A DNA stretch of 64,000 nucleotides from Octopus vulgaris. Lineage: Eukaryota. Below the pieces are notes generated by a model, which saw only the letters and a list, made by a program, of their open reading frames with translations, did no database searches and was not told where the DNA came from. The DNA is taken from contig OX597833.1 of assembly GCA_951406725.2 (NCBI GenBank), forward strand, positions 14,136,001-14,200,000. The letters run 5' to 3'. Below are positions 24,572 to 38,660 of the stretch, in pieces. How positions within the stretch are numbered: the stretch's first letter is position 1; each line of letters begins with the position of its first letter. The position numbers were made by a program, and so were the translations under genes.

Positions 24572-24985
24572 GGCGGCGAGCTGGCAGAAACGTTAGCACG
24601 CCGGGCGAAATGCTTTGTGGTATTTCGTCTGCCGCTGCGTTCTGAGTTCAAATTCCGCCGAGGTCGACTTTGCCTTTCATCCTTTCGGGGTCAATAAATT
24701 AAGTACCAGTTATGCACTGGGGTCGATATAATCGACTTAATCCATTTGTCTGTCCTTGTTTGTCTTCTCTGTGTTTGGCCCCTTGTGGGTAGTAAAGAAA
24801 TAGGTATTTCGTCTGTCTTTACGTTCTGTGTTCAAATTCCGCCGAGGTCGACTTTGCCTTTCATCCTTTCGGTGTCGATAAATTAAGGACCAGTTATGCA
24901 CTGGGGTCGATATAATCGACTTTATCCATTTGTCTGTCCTTGTTTGTCCCCTCTGTGTTTGGTCCCTTGTGGGTAGTAAAGAAAT
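24572..24985 (+). mobile_element. SINE family B dimer (directly after an older SINE-A copy at about 24150-24538)
   Basis: Head ggcggcgagctggcagaaacg; junction at about 24800. Confidence 0.9.
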
Positions 24986-25616
24986 ATGTAAAAGAAAAAA
25001 AAGATGAAATAAACTACAAACGCTATCAATGTACTGTACTGCGACAGTGCCCTTTCCGCTGGCCACGAAACACCGTTATATGAGCAAACAGATGGAGGGG
25101 ACATGAGTTCTTACTTAGGACTGACATTCATAGCGTTTTATGCGTCCTCGACAGAGAAAAAGCCGCATATTATGGAGCGGCGCATTTTTAATTTACCTGG
25201 AGTTACAGTACGGTTCAGCTTATCAACAAAGGGATTAATTGGACCATCCCCTTTTTTGATGGCACTGTGACTAGTCCCATCTAGTTGAAGTTGCTGCTGT
25301 TGTTGTTGTTGTTGTTGTTGTTAAGCAACAAGATGGGTAAGGGTGATTAGGTGATGGTCTAGGGCTTAGGGGCGGAAGACCCTAGACCTTGAAAAAAAAA
25401 AGAAAAATTTGGTCGTCTTGTTGTAGTCGAGGGCTCTTCGTTGACGCCCGACACCACTGGGAGGTGGCCTTCGAAGTCGCTGGAAATGGAGATCTCCAGG
25501 TCCAAATTCTTGAACGGCAGTTGAATTTGCTGGGACAATCTGTCACTCTAAGCGATCAAGAGGACTGTGATGTTGTGGTGTTATATTTTAAGCAAGATAG
25601 GGGCACCCCCACACTA

Positions 25617-26001
25617 GGGAGGAATAGGAAGTACTCCGTCGGTTACGACGACGAGGGTTCCGGTTGATCCGAATCAACGGAACTTCCTGCTCGTGAAATT
25701 AACGTGTAAGTGGCTGAGCACTCCACAGACACGTGTACCCTTAACGTAGTTCTCGGGGATATTCAGCGTGACACAGAGAGTGACAAGGCCGGCCCTTTGA
25801 AATACAGGTACAACTGAAACAGGAAGTAAGAGTGAGAGAAAGTTGTGGTGAAAGAGTACTGCAGGGTTCACCACCATCCCTGCCGGAGCCTCGTGGAGCT
25901 TTAGGTGTTTTCGCTCAATAAACACTCACAACGCCCAGTCTGGGAATCGAAACCGCGATCCTACGACCGCGAGTCCGCTGCCCTAACCACTGGGCCATTG
26001 C
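25617..26001 (-). mobile_element. SINE family C, tail type I, 15-bp TSD
   Basis: ggcacccccacacta at 25602-25616 and 26002-26016. Confidence 0.94.
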
Positions 26002-26327
26002 GGCACCCCCACACTACCATAGTAACGTCAAGGCTTGCCTTAATGCGATTTTGCCATACAAGCGGAGTGGACAAAGAAGCTCTATAGAATACTTTCCACA
26101 TTCACCGGGCTTCGCACAACTGCACGCTTTTTTTTACGGTTATGCTTAACAGATAAAGATTACCATGCAAATCCTTCAGCACTCGATGAATGGAGGGAAG
26201 TCATTGATTACGAATACCGAACGATACGTTCCTTGATGCGTTGCTTTGGGTTATCAGTAGTGATCGGACTAGAATGTTCACCACTTTAAGAACAGGTGTT
26301 CATAAGAATATTAAATTCTGTATGTCC

Positions 26328-26421
<94 letters not shown>

Positions 26422-26530
26422 GTATATATATATATACATATATATATATATGTGTATATATATATATACATACATACATGTATATATATATATATACATA
26501 TATATGTGTATATATATATATATATCTCAT

Positions 26531-26619
<89 letters not shown>

Positions 26620-26637
26620 CATATATATATGTGTATA

Positions 26638-26672
<35 letters not shown>

Positions 26673-26681
26673 GTATATGTA

Positions 26682-26893
26682 TACTCTTTACTCTTTTACT
26701 TGTTTCAGTCATTTGACTGCTGTCATACTGGAGCACTGCCTTTAGTCGAGCAAATCGACCCCAGCACTTATTCTTTGTAAGCCTAGCATTTATCAGATCG
26801 GTCTCTTTTGCAGAACCGCTAAGTTATGGTGACGTAAACACACCAGCATCGATTGTCTAGCGACGTTGGAAGGACAAACACAGACACACACGT

Positions 26894-26950
<57 letters not shown>

Positions 26951-27125
26951 TATACATATATGCGACGGGATTCTTTCAGTTTCCGTCTACCAAATCCACT
27001 CACAAGGCTTTGTCGGCTCAAGGCTATGGTAGAAGACACTTGCCCAAGGTGCCACGCAGTGGGACTGAACCCTGAACCATGTCTTTGGTAAGCAAGCTAC
27101 TTACCACACAGCCACTCTTGCACCT
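26682..27125 (-). mobile_element. SINE family A
   Basis: Same diagnostic segments as the other copies. Confidence 0.9.
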
Positions 27126-27341
27126 GCATACACACACACACTCACACACACATTTATCTATATATATGTATGCAGATATATGTTTATATGTACAGATAGA
27201 TAAATAGATAGACAGATGGACAAACAGACACACAGCAGATGCATATATATATATGAAAATTCAACATGTGCAACCGTTAATCCAGACATATCTTTCTCTC
27301 TCTATTTCCCCCATTTCTCTATCTCATTTCACAGTTAATTC

Positions 27342-27377
27342 TTTTCTGAAGAAGAGCGTAGGCTTGAAACGTCAAAA
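27342..27377 (+). ncRNA. Minimal type I hammerhead ribozyme motif (PLE-type)
   Basis: tttt CTGAAGA a gagc gtag gctt GAAAC GTC aaaa; the downstream sequence is homologous to the 52870-53005 copy. Confidence 0.68.
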
Positions 27378-27477
27378 ACTTCTTTTAATTTTACCTAAGC
27401 GTCAAATTAATGCACCTTCTTTCTTGCTACCTCATCCGTCTCTGTCTTTTGTATAATTTTGTATCAGGTATGTATGT

Positions 27478-28297
27478 CATTGTTCAGTTCTATTTCAAGA
27501 TTTCTTGCCGATAGAGAAAGAACCGGGTTCTAACTTAGATTCAAGGCTCCTTCATTGGAATTTGAATATCAACGACAGGGTATTTTTGTTTGTATGTATG
27601 TGTGCATGTATATGTGCAGATTTGTATGCTTTGCTTTATCTATGTATTCTCATGTATATAGTTGCATATCTAGACATGCTTACTCTTTACTCTTTACTCT
27701 TTTACTTGTTTCAGTCATTTGACTGCGGCCATGCTGGAGCACCGCCTTTAGTCGAGCAAATCGACCCCGAGACTTATTCTTTGTAAGCCCAGTACTTATT
27801 CTATCAGTCTCTTTTGCCGAACCGCTAAGTGACGGGGACGTAAACACACCAGCATCGGTTGTCAAGCAATGCTTGGGGGACAAACACAGACACACAAACA
27901 CACACACATACATATATATATATACATATATACGACAGGCTTCTTTCAGTTTCCGTCTACCAAATCCACTCACAAGGCATTGGTCGGCCCTGGGCTATAG
28001 CAGAAGACACTTGCCCAAGATGCCACGCAGTGGGACTGAACCCGGAACCATGTGGTTGTTTAGCAAGCTACTTACCACACAGCCACTCCTGCGCCTATAT
28101 ATTTAAATGATAAACGTCTAGAAAGTTTTGCTGAGTTTTATAATTCCAGTGATGGATTGGATCTGTAGTCTTCGAATAAACTTTCCAGTTCTAATTTCTC
28201 AAGATTGGTATTTAGGTAGTGTGTTTCATATCTCTAGACCCCAACAATTACAGGTATAAACCTGAACTTATACTGTCGATAGAGCAACTGCAGATAT
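27478..28297 (-). mobile_element. RLE-type non-LTR element 3' fragment (C-terminus plus 3' UTR), interrupted by SINE A at 27681-28096
   Basis: YLQLLYRQYKFRFIPVIVG..YETHYLNTNLEKL resembles the end of an RLE domain; the 3' UTR matches 61700-61925; TGTA repeats on both sides. Confidence 0.7.
27681..28096 (-). mobile_element. SINE family A full length
   Basis: Same head and tail as 1341-1755. Confidence 0.93.
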
Positions 28298-28629
28298 ATC
28301 AATGTATGTATGTATGCATGTATGTATTATTGAAAAGTTGCTATTTCGAATGTGATTGCGTAAAAGTTAACCTTTAGTTAGTACTCTGTGTATATCCAAG
28401 TTCCAATCATTTGTTAAACATAACTTATCCTCAGATTTTCCTATGATATTGTATACACCATTAGAATAGATCACTGAGTGTATATCCAAGGGGAGAATAA
28501 AGCATGAGATTGGGTTAAAAAGATGTTAAAATCATTTTTTTAAACCGAATCTCTGTATTTTCCTGCTCTTGGGTATATACATAATACATACATACACACA
28601 TACACACACACACATATATATATACACAT

Positions 28630-28751
28630 ACATACATGTATGTATATATATACGCATACACACATACATATATACATACATGCACACATACACACGTATA
28701 GGTATGTATGAATATATGTATGCATATGTGTATGTGTGTATGCGTAAATAT

Positions 28752-28816
<65 letters not shown>

Positions 28817-28988
28817 TATATAGAAACGAATTATGATATATACATAATATTTGCATATATATATAAATTCAAATATATTTATATATGTATATATACACAC
28901 ACACACATATGCATACATATATTCATACATACCTATACGTGTGTATGTGTGTATGCATGTGTATATGTATGTGCGTATGCCTATATAT

Positions 28989-29034
<46 letters not shown>

Positions 29035-29075
29035 GTATATGCGTATGCTTATATATACGTACATGTATGTATATA

Positions 29076-29122
<47 letters not shown>

Positions 29123-29312
29123 TACATACATGTATGTATATATAGGCATACGCACATACATATACACATGCATACACACATACACACGTATAGGTATGTA
29201 TGAATATATGTATGCATATGTGTGTGTGTATATATACATATATAAATATATAAATATATTTGAAATTATATATATATGCATATACTATGTATATATCATA
29301 ATTCGTTTCTAT
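28630..29312. repeat. TA-rich block with an inverted/direct triplication
   Basis: 28821-29000 is the reverse complement of about 29125-29312 (tagaaacgaattatgatata / tatatcataattcgtttcta); 28630-28740 repeats about 29115-29230 directly. Confidence 0.85.
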
Positions 29313-30500
29313 ACTGTATGCATTATTCAAAAATCAAAATCATATAAATGCTTGAGATATGCACACAAGTATATACATAGACATGTAAATATATATAATA
29401 CATAGAAAACTCGAGGCCTCAAAATAACTTCTGATGTGTTTTCAAATTTAAAAAGTATATTTACATATACATACACACACACACTGACACCATATATATT
29501 TATATATACATATACTTACAAATCTACACGCACAGATATATCCTCCCACACACATATATATATCCTTACGCACACATATATATTCTCACATACACACATA
29601 TATATATATATATTCCTAAATATCTATATATTTACATACAGGCCTCCACACACTTATATACTTCGACACACATTTGTACAGACAAATATATAAACTACAG
29701 ACTACAAATGTGTAATGTTGCTGGAAACAAAAAGCTATACACCAAAACAATTGTTATAGAAAAAAGATATTTTATGCAAACTTAATTGCAGTAAAATATA
29801 TTTATATGTCTATTGAAAGTAACAGAACCAAAAGATAGAAAAAGGAAAAAAAAAAAAAAAAAAAATAATGTCCAGAAATCGAATGAAATTGAATGTGTTC
29901 AGTGAAAATTGAATTTCAAATTTGATGTTGTAAGAAACAATTATCTGTGTATCTTTGAGAAATATATCGAAGCCAATAAAAAAGACAAGCAAAAAGAAAA
30001 CACGGTCTGATGCAGTCAAAAAGAAACACGAAACAACGGCCATAAACGTAAATTTTAGAAGACAATTATCAGATACGAGTATATTTAGGTTTGTCAAATT
30101 TAAGTTGTCGCATTGCTTATATATTCTTTCTGCAAATCTTCATATATTAAGGCATTAATTTTTTTCTTTCTTCTGTCTTCTGAGATCTTTTGAAACCATA
30201 TAAAATGTACTTAGAACGAAAGCATTGTTCAATTTTTTTTTCTTTTGTGACTATTTATGTAGCAATAAACAAAATTTTTATATTGTTCTCTGAAAACTTG
30301 CTTCGTTTAAAAATTGTGCACAAATTCCAATAAAGAAGAAGGAGACAAATAAATAATCTAAAATGGACAATAAAGTCTTTGATGTTTTCTGCGTCAGACA
30401 ACGCGCCCCCACCTCACCACCGCTACGAGAAATAATGCGTTACATGGATACTCAGTGCTGAAAATAGCAGCCAAATCTCCTGTCGTTTGAAATAAGGCTA

Positions 30501-30800
30501 TATTTGTTTGTTCCTTCTCGCCTGGCTCATAAGGGCCGGTTTCCCGATATCCTTGGCGTATAGGTTCCCCACCTGGACGAGACACCGGCCCGTCGCAGGT
30601 GAGCTGCAAGATGTAGGAGGAAAGAGTGAGAGAAAGTTGTGGCGAAAGAGTCAGCAGAAGTTCGCCATTACCACCTGCCGGAGCCGCGTGGAGCTAAGGT
30701 GTTTCGCTCATAAACACACACATCGGCCGGTCTGAGATTCGAACCCGCGATCCCTCGACTGCGAGTTCGCTGCTCTAACCACTAGGCCATGTGCCTCCAC
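30501..30800 (-). mobile_element. SINE family C-related head with tail type III (V-domain-like), 13-bp TSD
   Basis: tgaaataaggcta at 30488-30500 and 30801-30813; tail tgcgacgggccggtgtctcgtccaggtgggg...gaaaccggccc. Confidence 0.88.
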
Positions 30801-30841
30801 TGAAATAAGGCTAAGGACATATTAAACGATCTAGCCCTGTG

Positions 30842-31078
30842 GAAGGCGGCGAGCTGGCAGAAACGTTAGCACGCCGGGCGAAATGCTTAGTGGTATTTCG
30901 TCTGTCGCTACGCTCTGAGTTCAAATTCCGCCGAGGTCGACTTTGCCTTTCATCCTTTCGGGGTCGATTAAATAAGTACCAGTTACGCACTGGGGTCGAT
31001 ATAATCGACTTAATCGTTTGTCTGTCCTTGTTTGTCCTCTCTGTGTTTAGCCCCTTGTGGGTAGTAAAGAAATAGATA
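30842..31078 (+). mobile_element. SINE family B monomer with 10-bp TSD
   Basis: tagccctgtg at 30832-30841 and 31079-31088. Confidence 0.93.
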
Positions 31079-31564
31079 TAGCCCTGTGTATCCGTTAGTT
31101 AGACCTGCAACTGAATAATGACAGCAATAGAAAAAAAACTGGAAAGCAACCGCAACAGCAAAGGATCTAGTCACACCAACTAAGGAACCTCTATATGGCT
31201 ACTGAACATGCTAGAAATAGCAACCAAATCTCCCCTATGTAATACTGTATAACACTGGAGATTTTCCGAAGAGCCACGAGTATTTCGGCAATGTTGAATG
31301 AAACGATCTACTAATATGTCAAGTATTTAAACTGACGTTTTCTCAGTAGATAATCCATTATCTTATACACCCAGAATCCAGGGCGACATGAGTGAAAGAC
31401 AGTTTCCCATAAATTAAACTGCCATAAAGAAAAGCGATCAGTTTTGCGATAGAAATGATTAACTTGTAAGACTATAGCTGTTCTATATGTTTATACCTGG
31501 GCTTAAGGTCTGTGGTTAGATTATAACACTATGGGAATGGTAAAATATCGAACGATTGATGGAC

Positions 31565-31930
31565 TTTACCTTTTACTTGTTTCAGTCATTTGACTGCGGC
31601 CATGCTGGAGCACCGCCTTTAGTCGAGCAAATCGACCCCAGGACTTACTCTTTGTAAGCCCAGTACTTATTCTATCGGTCTCTTTTGCCGAACCGCTAAG
31701 TGACGGGGACGTAAACACACCAGCATCGGTTGTCAAGCAATGCTAGGGGGACAAACACAGACACACAAACATATACACACACATACATATATATACATAG
31801 ATACGACAGGCTTCTTTCAGTTTCCGTCTACCAAATCCACTCACAAGGCATTGGTCGGCCCGGGGCTATAGCAGAAGACACTTGCCCAAGATGCCACGCA
31901 GTGGGACTGAACCCGGAACCATGTGGTTGG
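31565..31930 (-). mobile_element. SINE family A (5'-truncated)
   Basis: Diagnostic body and tail. Confidence 0.9.
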
Positions 31931-32490
31931 ACTATAGAACTATGTGTCGAATCTAGGACAATAGTTGGATTGCAGGAGTACATCAAGGTTATATAGCAAT
32001 TATTGACTATAAAACTATAGAGAACTATGAGCTAAAAGAACCAGAACAAAAGTCTTGGACAATAAGTGAACTACAGAACGATATCAAAGTTATATAGCAA
32101 AGACTATGGATAGGTGTTTCAATTATGTTTAGGCTGAAGTGCTAAAGCGTAATTATAATCAATATTTATTAGATTATGGTTGGACAGTAACATTATCAAT
32201 AAAATATAGATTATAGCGCTATAAGTAGAAAATATGATTGGGCTTTAAGTAGTGTACTGTAAAAGATATTTAGCTATCGTTTTGGGCGGGTTTCCTGGAG
32301 CAAAATCGCTCTTTCTCTCCAAGCGTTCCGTTCTTCCATGACGTTTTAAATGTCTTCTGTTTGTAACTTGATATCATGAGAAAGTTTATCAATGTACGTC
32401 ATTCCGAGTCCTCCTCTCGATGGCTCCAGAATCTCCGTGGACTGGGTACCACAGACGGAGCATGCTCGCTAATTCGTCTTTGCCTCTATA

Positions 32491-32687
32491 CTCTCTCTCT
32501 TTTACTTGTTTCAGTCATTTGACTGCGGCCATGCTGGAGCACCGCCTTTAGTCGCGCAAATCGACCCCCAGGACTTATTCTCTGTAAGCCTAGTACTTAT
32601 TCTATCGGTCTTTTTGCCGAACCGCTAAGGTACGCGGACGTAAACACACCAGCTTCGGTTGTCAAGTGATGTTTGGGGACAAACACA

Positions 32688-32733
<46 letters not shown>

Positions 32734-32916
32734 CATACATATATACGACTGACTTCTTTCAGTTTCCGTCTACCAAATCCATTCACAAGGCTTTGGTAGG
32801 CCCGAGGCTATAGTAGAAGACACTTGTCCAAGGTGCCACGCAGTGGGACTGAACCCGGAACCATGTGGTTGGTAAGCAAGATACTTACCACACTTGCCAC
32901 ACAGCCACTCCTGCGT
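32491..32916 (-). mobile_element. SINE family A
   Basis: Diagnostic head, body and tail. Confidence 0.92.
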
Positions 32917-33009
32917 CTCTAGCAACGACCCGCATATACCTTGTTCTCCGCTCTCGAATGATGGATTATATGTTGCATAAGCGAAGGTGCGTGGTTTCGT
33001 GGTTGGTTT

Positions 33010-33500
33010 GTTCGGGTCTGGCCTAGGAGCATGCGTCATCACAACGCATCGATTCGTTGACGGTTTGTTGATATCTGCTCGGGTCACCCCGCGCACCCCT
33101 GCGAGCAGTGTCCCATTCAATCCTTCATCTGCCGTGACCATGAGACATGTGGCTGACCAGCACAAGCCGGATCCTCAGAGAAGCGAACACGGTACACTAC
33201 CGAATCGTACAGAACGTATCCCAGTTTCAAACCATAGTCGTTGGCTGGCGACGAAATCCAACCAATGGTAACCAACAATCCTTTGTGTTGATACCAAAGG
33301 CGTTCAGGAGGTTCCTAAAGGCCCCGGACAGAGCCCAAGACGTGCGATAATTGAGCAAGACAGGGAGGAATAGAGATCTGAAAACCCGAAACTTTGTGCT
33401 CCTGTTCAGATATCAGCAGCGCCAAAAACCTTCATCCAGTGAGTGCACAACTGCCACAGCACGCTCAAGTCTTTTTAAGACTTCGAACTCGCAGCTAATG
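33010..33500 (-). pseudogene. Degraded RTE-clade LINE fragment (post-RT C-terminal region)
   Basis: LDEGFWRC*YLNRSTKFRVFRSLFLPVLL...SWALSGALRNLLNAFG resembles the RTE TK.RVF...V.PVLLYG.E.W motif; contains stops and frameshifts. Confidence 0.72.
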
Positions 33501-34575
33501 CTGCTACAGATAGCATTGCCGTGGTAAATGAAGCAGTCAATAACTTCGACAGTCTCATCCGCGCTTCATTTCGCGTTGCTCCAGTCCACTCAGCTGTAAA
33601 TGAGCAAACCTGTGACCGATTCGCTCCAATGCTTCTATTCCGTTCAGGAGGAATACTTACCTGTCAGCCTAGCCAATGCACTGGCATCATTCGGCCAGTG
33701 CGGCGGCATCATTCGGCCAGTGCGGCGGCATCATTTGGCCAGTGCGGTAGCATCATCAGCTATAACAATGTGAGGAAACGCATTGTGGCTAGCGGTGTAT
33801 TACAGCATCCATTAGTTTCGTCGATACAGTCATACAGTAACAATTGCATGAAACGAGAAGCGGTTGGTTTATTCGATTGAATCGGCCGTCATTGCTACAT
33901 TAAAACTTATTTTATCGATCTCCTGGCAGATGAAAGGCTAAGTTAATACGAATAATTTTTCAATTCAAGAATGTAAAAATATGCAGTTAAATGTCACTTA
34001 ATATTCTTTTCCCTTTTTTGATGATTTTTTATCATTTATCGTTAGCGGAGATGACTCTAGCATCTGCCTGGATATTAATGCAGAAAAACACATTTAGAAT
34101 TTATTATGAATGGAGAAAAATAATTTAAATATATAATCAGAATGAACTTCAAAATATGAAATTTAATTAGCATAATTTTAACATTTTACTCTAATTAAAT
34201 GACAAAACAAGTTCAATCCAATTCTGAAAATTACGTTTCCATCAAACAAGAATATAAAATTTGCTTGCTGAAATGAAGCTTCAAAACGTTACCTTAATTC
34301 ATGCAGTGTTACTGTACAGTAAGCATCGCAATAATTTGTTAATTCTACCGTGTAATACACTTGCATAGCGCTTTGTGATTGTATAGGGCGGACGCCATTT
34401 TGAGGTGGCGAGTTTCTGGACGTCGACCAATCTGCGAAGCAAACTCGATATTCCATTTGCTATATTCAAGTGCGTTTCTGTTTTTGCATAAAACTTCCGT
34501 TTCTGCCAATTGCCACGTTTCCCAATGTTTCTGAATAGCGGCTCCAGCATTAGGAAGCTCACCGATATACATACA

Positions 34576-34609
<34 letters not shown>

Positions 34610-34615
34610 CACGCA

Positions 34616-34678
<63 letters not shown>

Positions 34679-34713
34679 TAATGGTGTCATTGAGACCCAA
34701 AGGTGTCCGGTAA

Positions 34714-34807
<94 letters not shown>

Positions 34808-34995
34808 CCTACCTACCTGTCTGTCTGCCTGCCTGCCTGTCTGTCTGCCCAATAGTCGATTTAAAAACGGTCGTTGGCTGATTTGTTGGTCGGCTGGTCT
34901 GTTGGCTGAATGATTTTTTTTCCTGTCACATTTTACATTGCTTGAGGACAGGAGGAGAAATAGTAAAACAGAGATGCAGAGAGAGTTAAGACATC

Positions 34996-35047
<52 letters not shown>

Positions 35048-35380
35048 GAGAGGAAGAGACAGATGCAGAGTGGGAGAGGTAGAGGGCAGAGAGAGAGATG
35101 AAAGAAAAGATAAAAAGGTTTGTGGCTTATAGATCTACAAATAGAAACTGTTTTGATTTTATCAAATTAAGTTTTTTTTTCTACGCTAAAGCAATCAGCT
35201 CAAGTTGATTTGAAGTGGAATACGGACATTGTCCGTCATTAACAACCGTAGCTTTTGAAGGTCAGTTGTAATTCATTTTGTTTATGTGTACTTTCAAAAA
35301 GAGGGCGCGAGTTACGTCCAACTGATTTGTTCCCGATGTATTCTGGACCCCCTCCTACAGAGGATGTGAGACGTTCTTGC

Positions 35381-35610
35381 ACAGCCGCTTTGACACAGCA
35401 GTTTTGGCACAGCAGTTTTGGCACGGCAGTTTTGGCACAGCAGTTTTGGCACAGCAGTTTTGGCACAGCAGTTTTGGCACAGCAGTTTTGGCACAGCAGT
35501 TTTGGCACAACAGTTTTGGCACTGCAGTTTTGGTGCAGCTTCTGTGGCGCAGCCGTTTTGGCACAACCGTTTTGGCGCAGCTGCTGTGAAATTGCTGTTT
35601 TGGCGCCACT
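35381..35610. repeat. 14-bp tandem repeat (ttttggcacagcag, about 16 units), possibly the subterminal repeats of a foldback/Mutator-like element
   Basis: The period is directly visible; the TE origin is inference. Confidence 0.8.
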
Positions 35611-35681
35611 TATTACGCAACACTGATTCAACGCTGACTTATCTGACATTAGAAATATCAATATTTCTTTCGTATTAGCGG

Positions 35682-35714
<33 letters not shown>

Positions 35715-35949
35715 ATTCTCTCTCTCTTTCTCTCTCACTTTCTCTCTCTCTCATCCTCTCTCTCTTTCTCTCTCTCACTTTCTCTCTCTCTTCCCCCTCT
35801 TTCTCTGCTTATGTATATGCATATTTCTCTTTATGTATATGAAAAGACAAGAAGTGTTCATGTTACTTGCTTCTAATTAATAAATTGTAATGTCGCTTTC
35901 TATCTCTCTCTCCTCTCTTTGTCTCATACACTTTCTATCTATATGGACA

Positions 35950-36350
35950 TGTATGTATATATATGTATGTGTGTATATGCTTGCGTGTGTGTGTGTATGT
36001 GTGTGTGTGTGTATGTGTGTGTGTGTGTGTGTGCGTGTGTGTGTATGTGCGTGTGTGCTTGTGTGTGTGTATGTGTGTGTGTGCTTGTGTATGTGCTTCT
36101 GTGTGTGTGTGTGCTTGTGCGTGTGTGCTTTGTGTGTGTGTATAGGCTAGTGTGTGTGTGTATTGTGTGTATGTGTATGCATGTGTGTATGCATGTGTGC
36201 ATGTGTGTGTGTGTGCTTGTGTGTGTGCATGTGTGTGTGCTTGTGTATGTATGCTTGTGTATGTATGCTTGTGTGTGTGTGTAACGAGCGTGCATGTGCG
36301 CGCGCACACATGTGTTTATGTGTGTGTGTATATGTTTGCGTGCGTGTGTG
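35950..36350. repeat. (TG)n-rich microsatellite
   Basis: Direct inspection. Confidence 0.93.
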
Positions 36351-36658
36351 CCTCCTGATCCAGTCAGCCGTGACGGACCGTCAGCGACTAAACAGCTGCG
36401 CCCAGTCGTCTCAGTCCGTTGTAGAGAAACTGTAGATCTTGTGCTGTCGGTCCCATATTTACCTCCCGATGTCCCAGACTGGAACCAAGCTGAACAACAG
36501 TATTGTTGGATTTATGTGATTTTTCACGGGGATCGAACGCCTGACGAATATCAAGGTCAAGTTATTCTTGTGGTAAAGACCTCGATCCGGAAGATTATCA
36601 TGCCCAGGCTGCAGCTTCATTGCCGAGTGATCCCACCCCCGACACAGAAATAAAGAAC

Positions 36659-37416
36659 GATACCAAATAATCATTAGCAGTCTTAAAGAGTACAGATACC
36701 AAATAACCATTAGCAGTCTTAAAGAGTACAGATACCAAATAACCATTAGCAGTCTTAAAGAGTACAGATACCAAATAACCATTAGCAGTCTTAAAGAGTA
36801 CAGATACCAAATAACCATTATCAGTCTTAAAGAGTACAGATACCAAATAACCATTAGCAGTCTTAAAGAGTACAGATACCAAATAACCATTAGCAGTCTT
36901 AAAGAGTACAGATACCAAATAATCATTAGCAGTCTTAAAGAGTACAGATACCAAATAACCATTAGCAGTCTTAAAGAGTACAGATACCAAATAGCCATTA
37001 GCAGTCTTAAAGAGTACAGATACCAAATAACCATTAGCAGTCTTAAAGAGTACAGATACCAAATAACCATTAGCAGTCTTAAAGAGTACAGATACCAAAT
37101 AACCATTAGCAGTCTTAAAGAGTACAGATACCAAATAACCATTAGCAGTCTTAAAGAGTACAGATATCAAATAACCATTAGCAGTCTTAAAGAGTACAGA
37201 TACCAAATAACCATTAGCAGTCTTAAAGAGTACAGATATCAAATAACCATTAGCAGTCTTAAAGAGTACAGATACCAAATAACCATTAGCAGTCTTAAAG
37301 AGTACAGATACCAAATAACCATTAGCAGTCTTAAAGAGTACAGATACCAAATAACCATTAGCAGTCTTAAAGAGTACAGATACCAAATAACCATTAGCAG
37401 TCTTAAAGAGTACAGA
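36659..37416. repeat. Homogeneous 36-bp tandem array, about 21 units
   Basis: Unit gataccaaataaccattagcagtcttaaagagtaca with at most 1 substitution per unit; no spacers. Confidence 0.97.
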
Positions 37417-37707
37417 ACAGCATCCTGACGATAAATGATATTTTAGATGTGATAAACTGTTTTTTGAACGTCTCCATTCTTTGATCTGGAACGACACAAC
37501 CGCGGATATTCCACTACACATAGCAACGTCTTAGAGGTTGCTTGTAACGAGGACTAAGAAAAGCAGGTAGCGGAAATACGTGTTGCTAGGATACACATGC
37601 ATGTTGTCTTGAACTGGTGATTGAGGAAACAGTAAGGGTTGCCAGTAAATCAACCAAACTGGGGTTAAAGCTTTTATGAAGGCTCTCCCCCAAAATTGAT
37701 GAAGCAA

Positions 37708-37744
<37 letters not shown>

Positions 37745-37861
37745 CACGTGATCACGTGAACGACCAGACCATCAGTTGTTGCTACACATCGCTGGTCACA
37801 ATGCGTTCGCATTGTTTTAGCCTTCGAATGACGCTACCCCGCTGGCTAAGCGAGCAGGCCA

Positions 37862-37912
<51 letters not shown>

Positions 37913-38125
37913 TGTGTCCGTGTTTGTCGCCCCACCATCGCTTGACAACCGATGCTGCTGTGTTTACGTCTCCGTAACTTAGCGGTTCGGCAAATGGAGC
38001 CGGATAGAATAAACACTAGGCTTAATACAAAGGATAAGTCCTGGGGGTCGATTTGCTCGACTAAAAGACCGTACTCCAGCATGGTCACTGTCAAATGACT
38101 GAAACAAGTAAAAGAATAAAAGAAA
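37745..38125. mobile_element. SINE-C tail II fragment (minus) joined through a microsatellite to a SINE-A 3' half (plus)
   Basis: cacgtgatcacgtg...gctacacatcgctggtcacaatgcg; then tgtttgtcgcccc...gaaacaagtaaaag. Confidence 0.8.
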
Positions 38126-38463
38126 GAGAACTATACTAGTGTGCTACTCACTAGTAGAAAAATACAAAGACAAAAAATTTGCTTGTTAGCAATTTTAATG
38201 GAGAAAAGAAGATGGGAAACTGAGAAAAGAGTGGAGTTAAGAAGACTCGCGAAGCAATTAACAAATTTCTCGTCTTCTGAACGATGGCTGTTTCAGTTAT
38301 TTGGTGAGTAATTCCAATTTGATTTTAAATAGGCGATAATGGTACTTAAAAATGTTTCAAAGCAGTTTTAAGACTTTGATTAAATTTAAAAGTTATTTAC
38401 AACTTATAAGTACTTTTCTTTTTAGCAAAGTAATTTTGCTTCTAGAACATTTTACGAGTGTAA

Positions 38464-38510
<47 letters not shown>

Positions 38511-38599
38511 GTTTGCGTGTAGAACGTACAGTTTGCACAACAGCCGTCCTGAGTCTGATTCTGCCGAGACATACATACGTACATACATACGTGTATGTA

Positions 38600-38660
<61 letters not shown>

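Noticed and set aside
25100-25600. Protein-like open stretches on the minus strand (possible exon bounded by AG...GT)
   Set aside because: No recognisable homology and no neighbouring exons; more likely a decayed TE.
36659-37416. 36-bp repeats as a CRISPR array, or the 307-aa ORF as a repeat protein
   Set aside because: Units are contiguous with no spacers; frames are open simply because the period is a multiple of 3.
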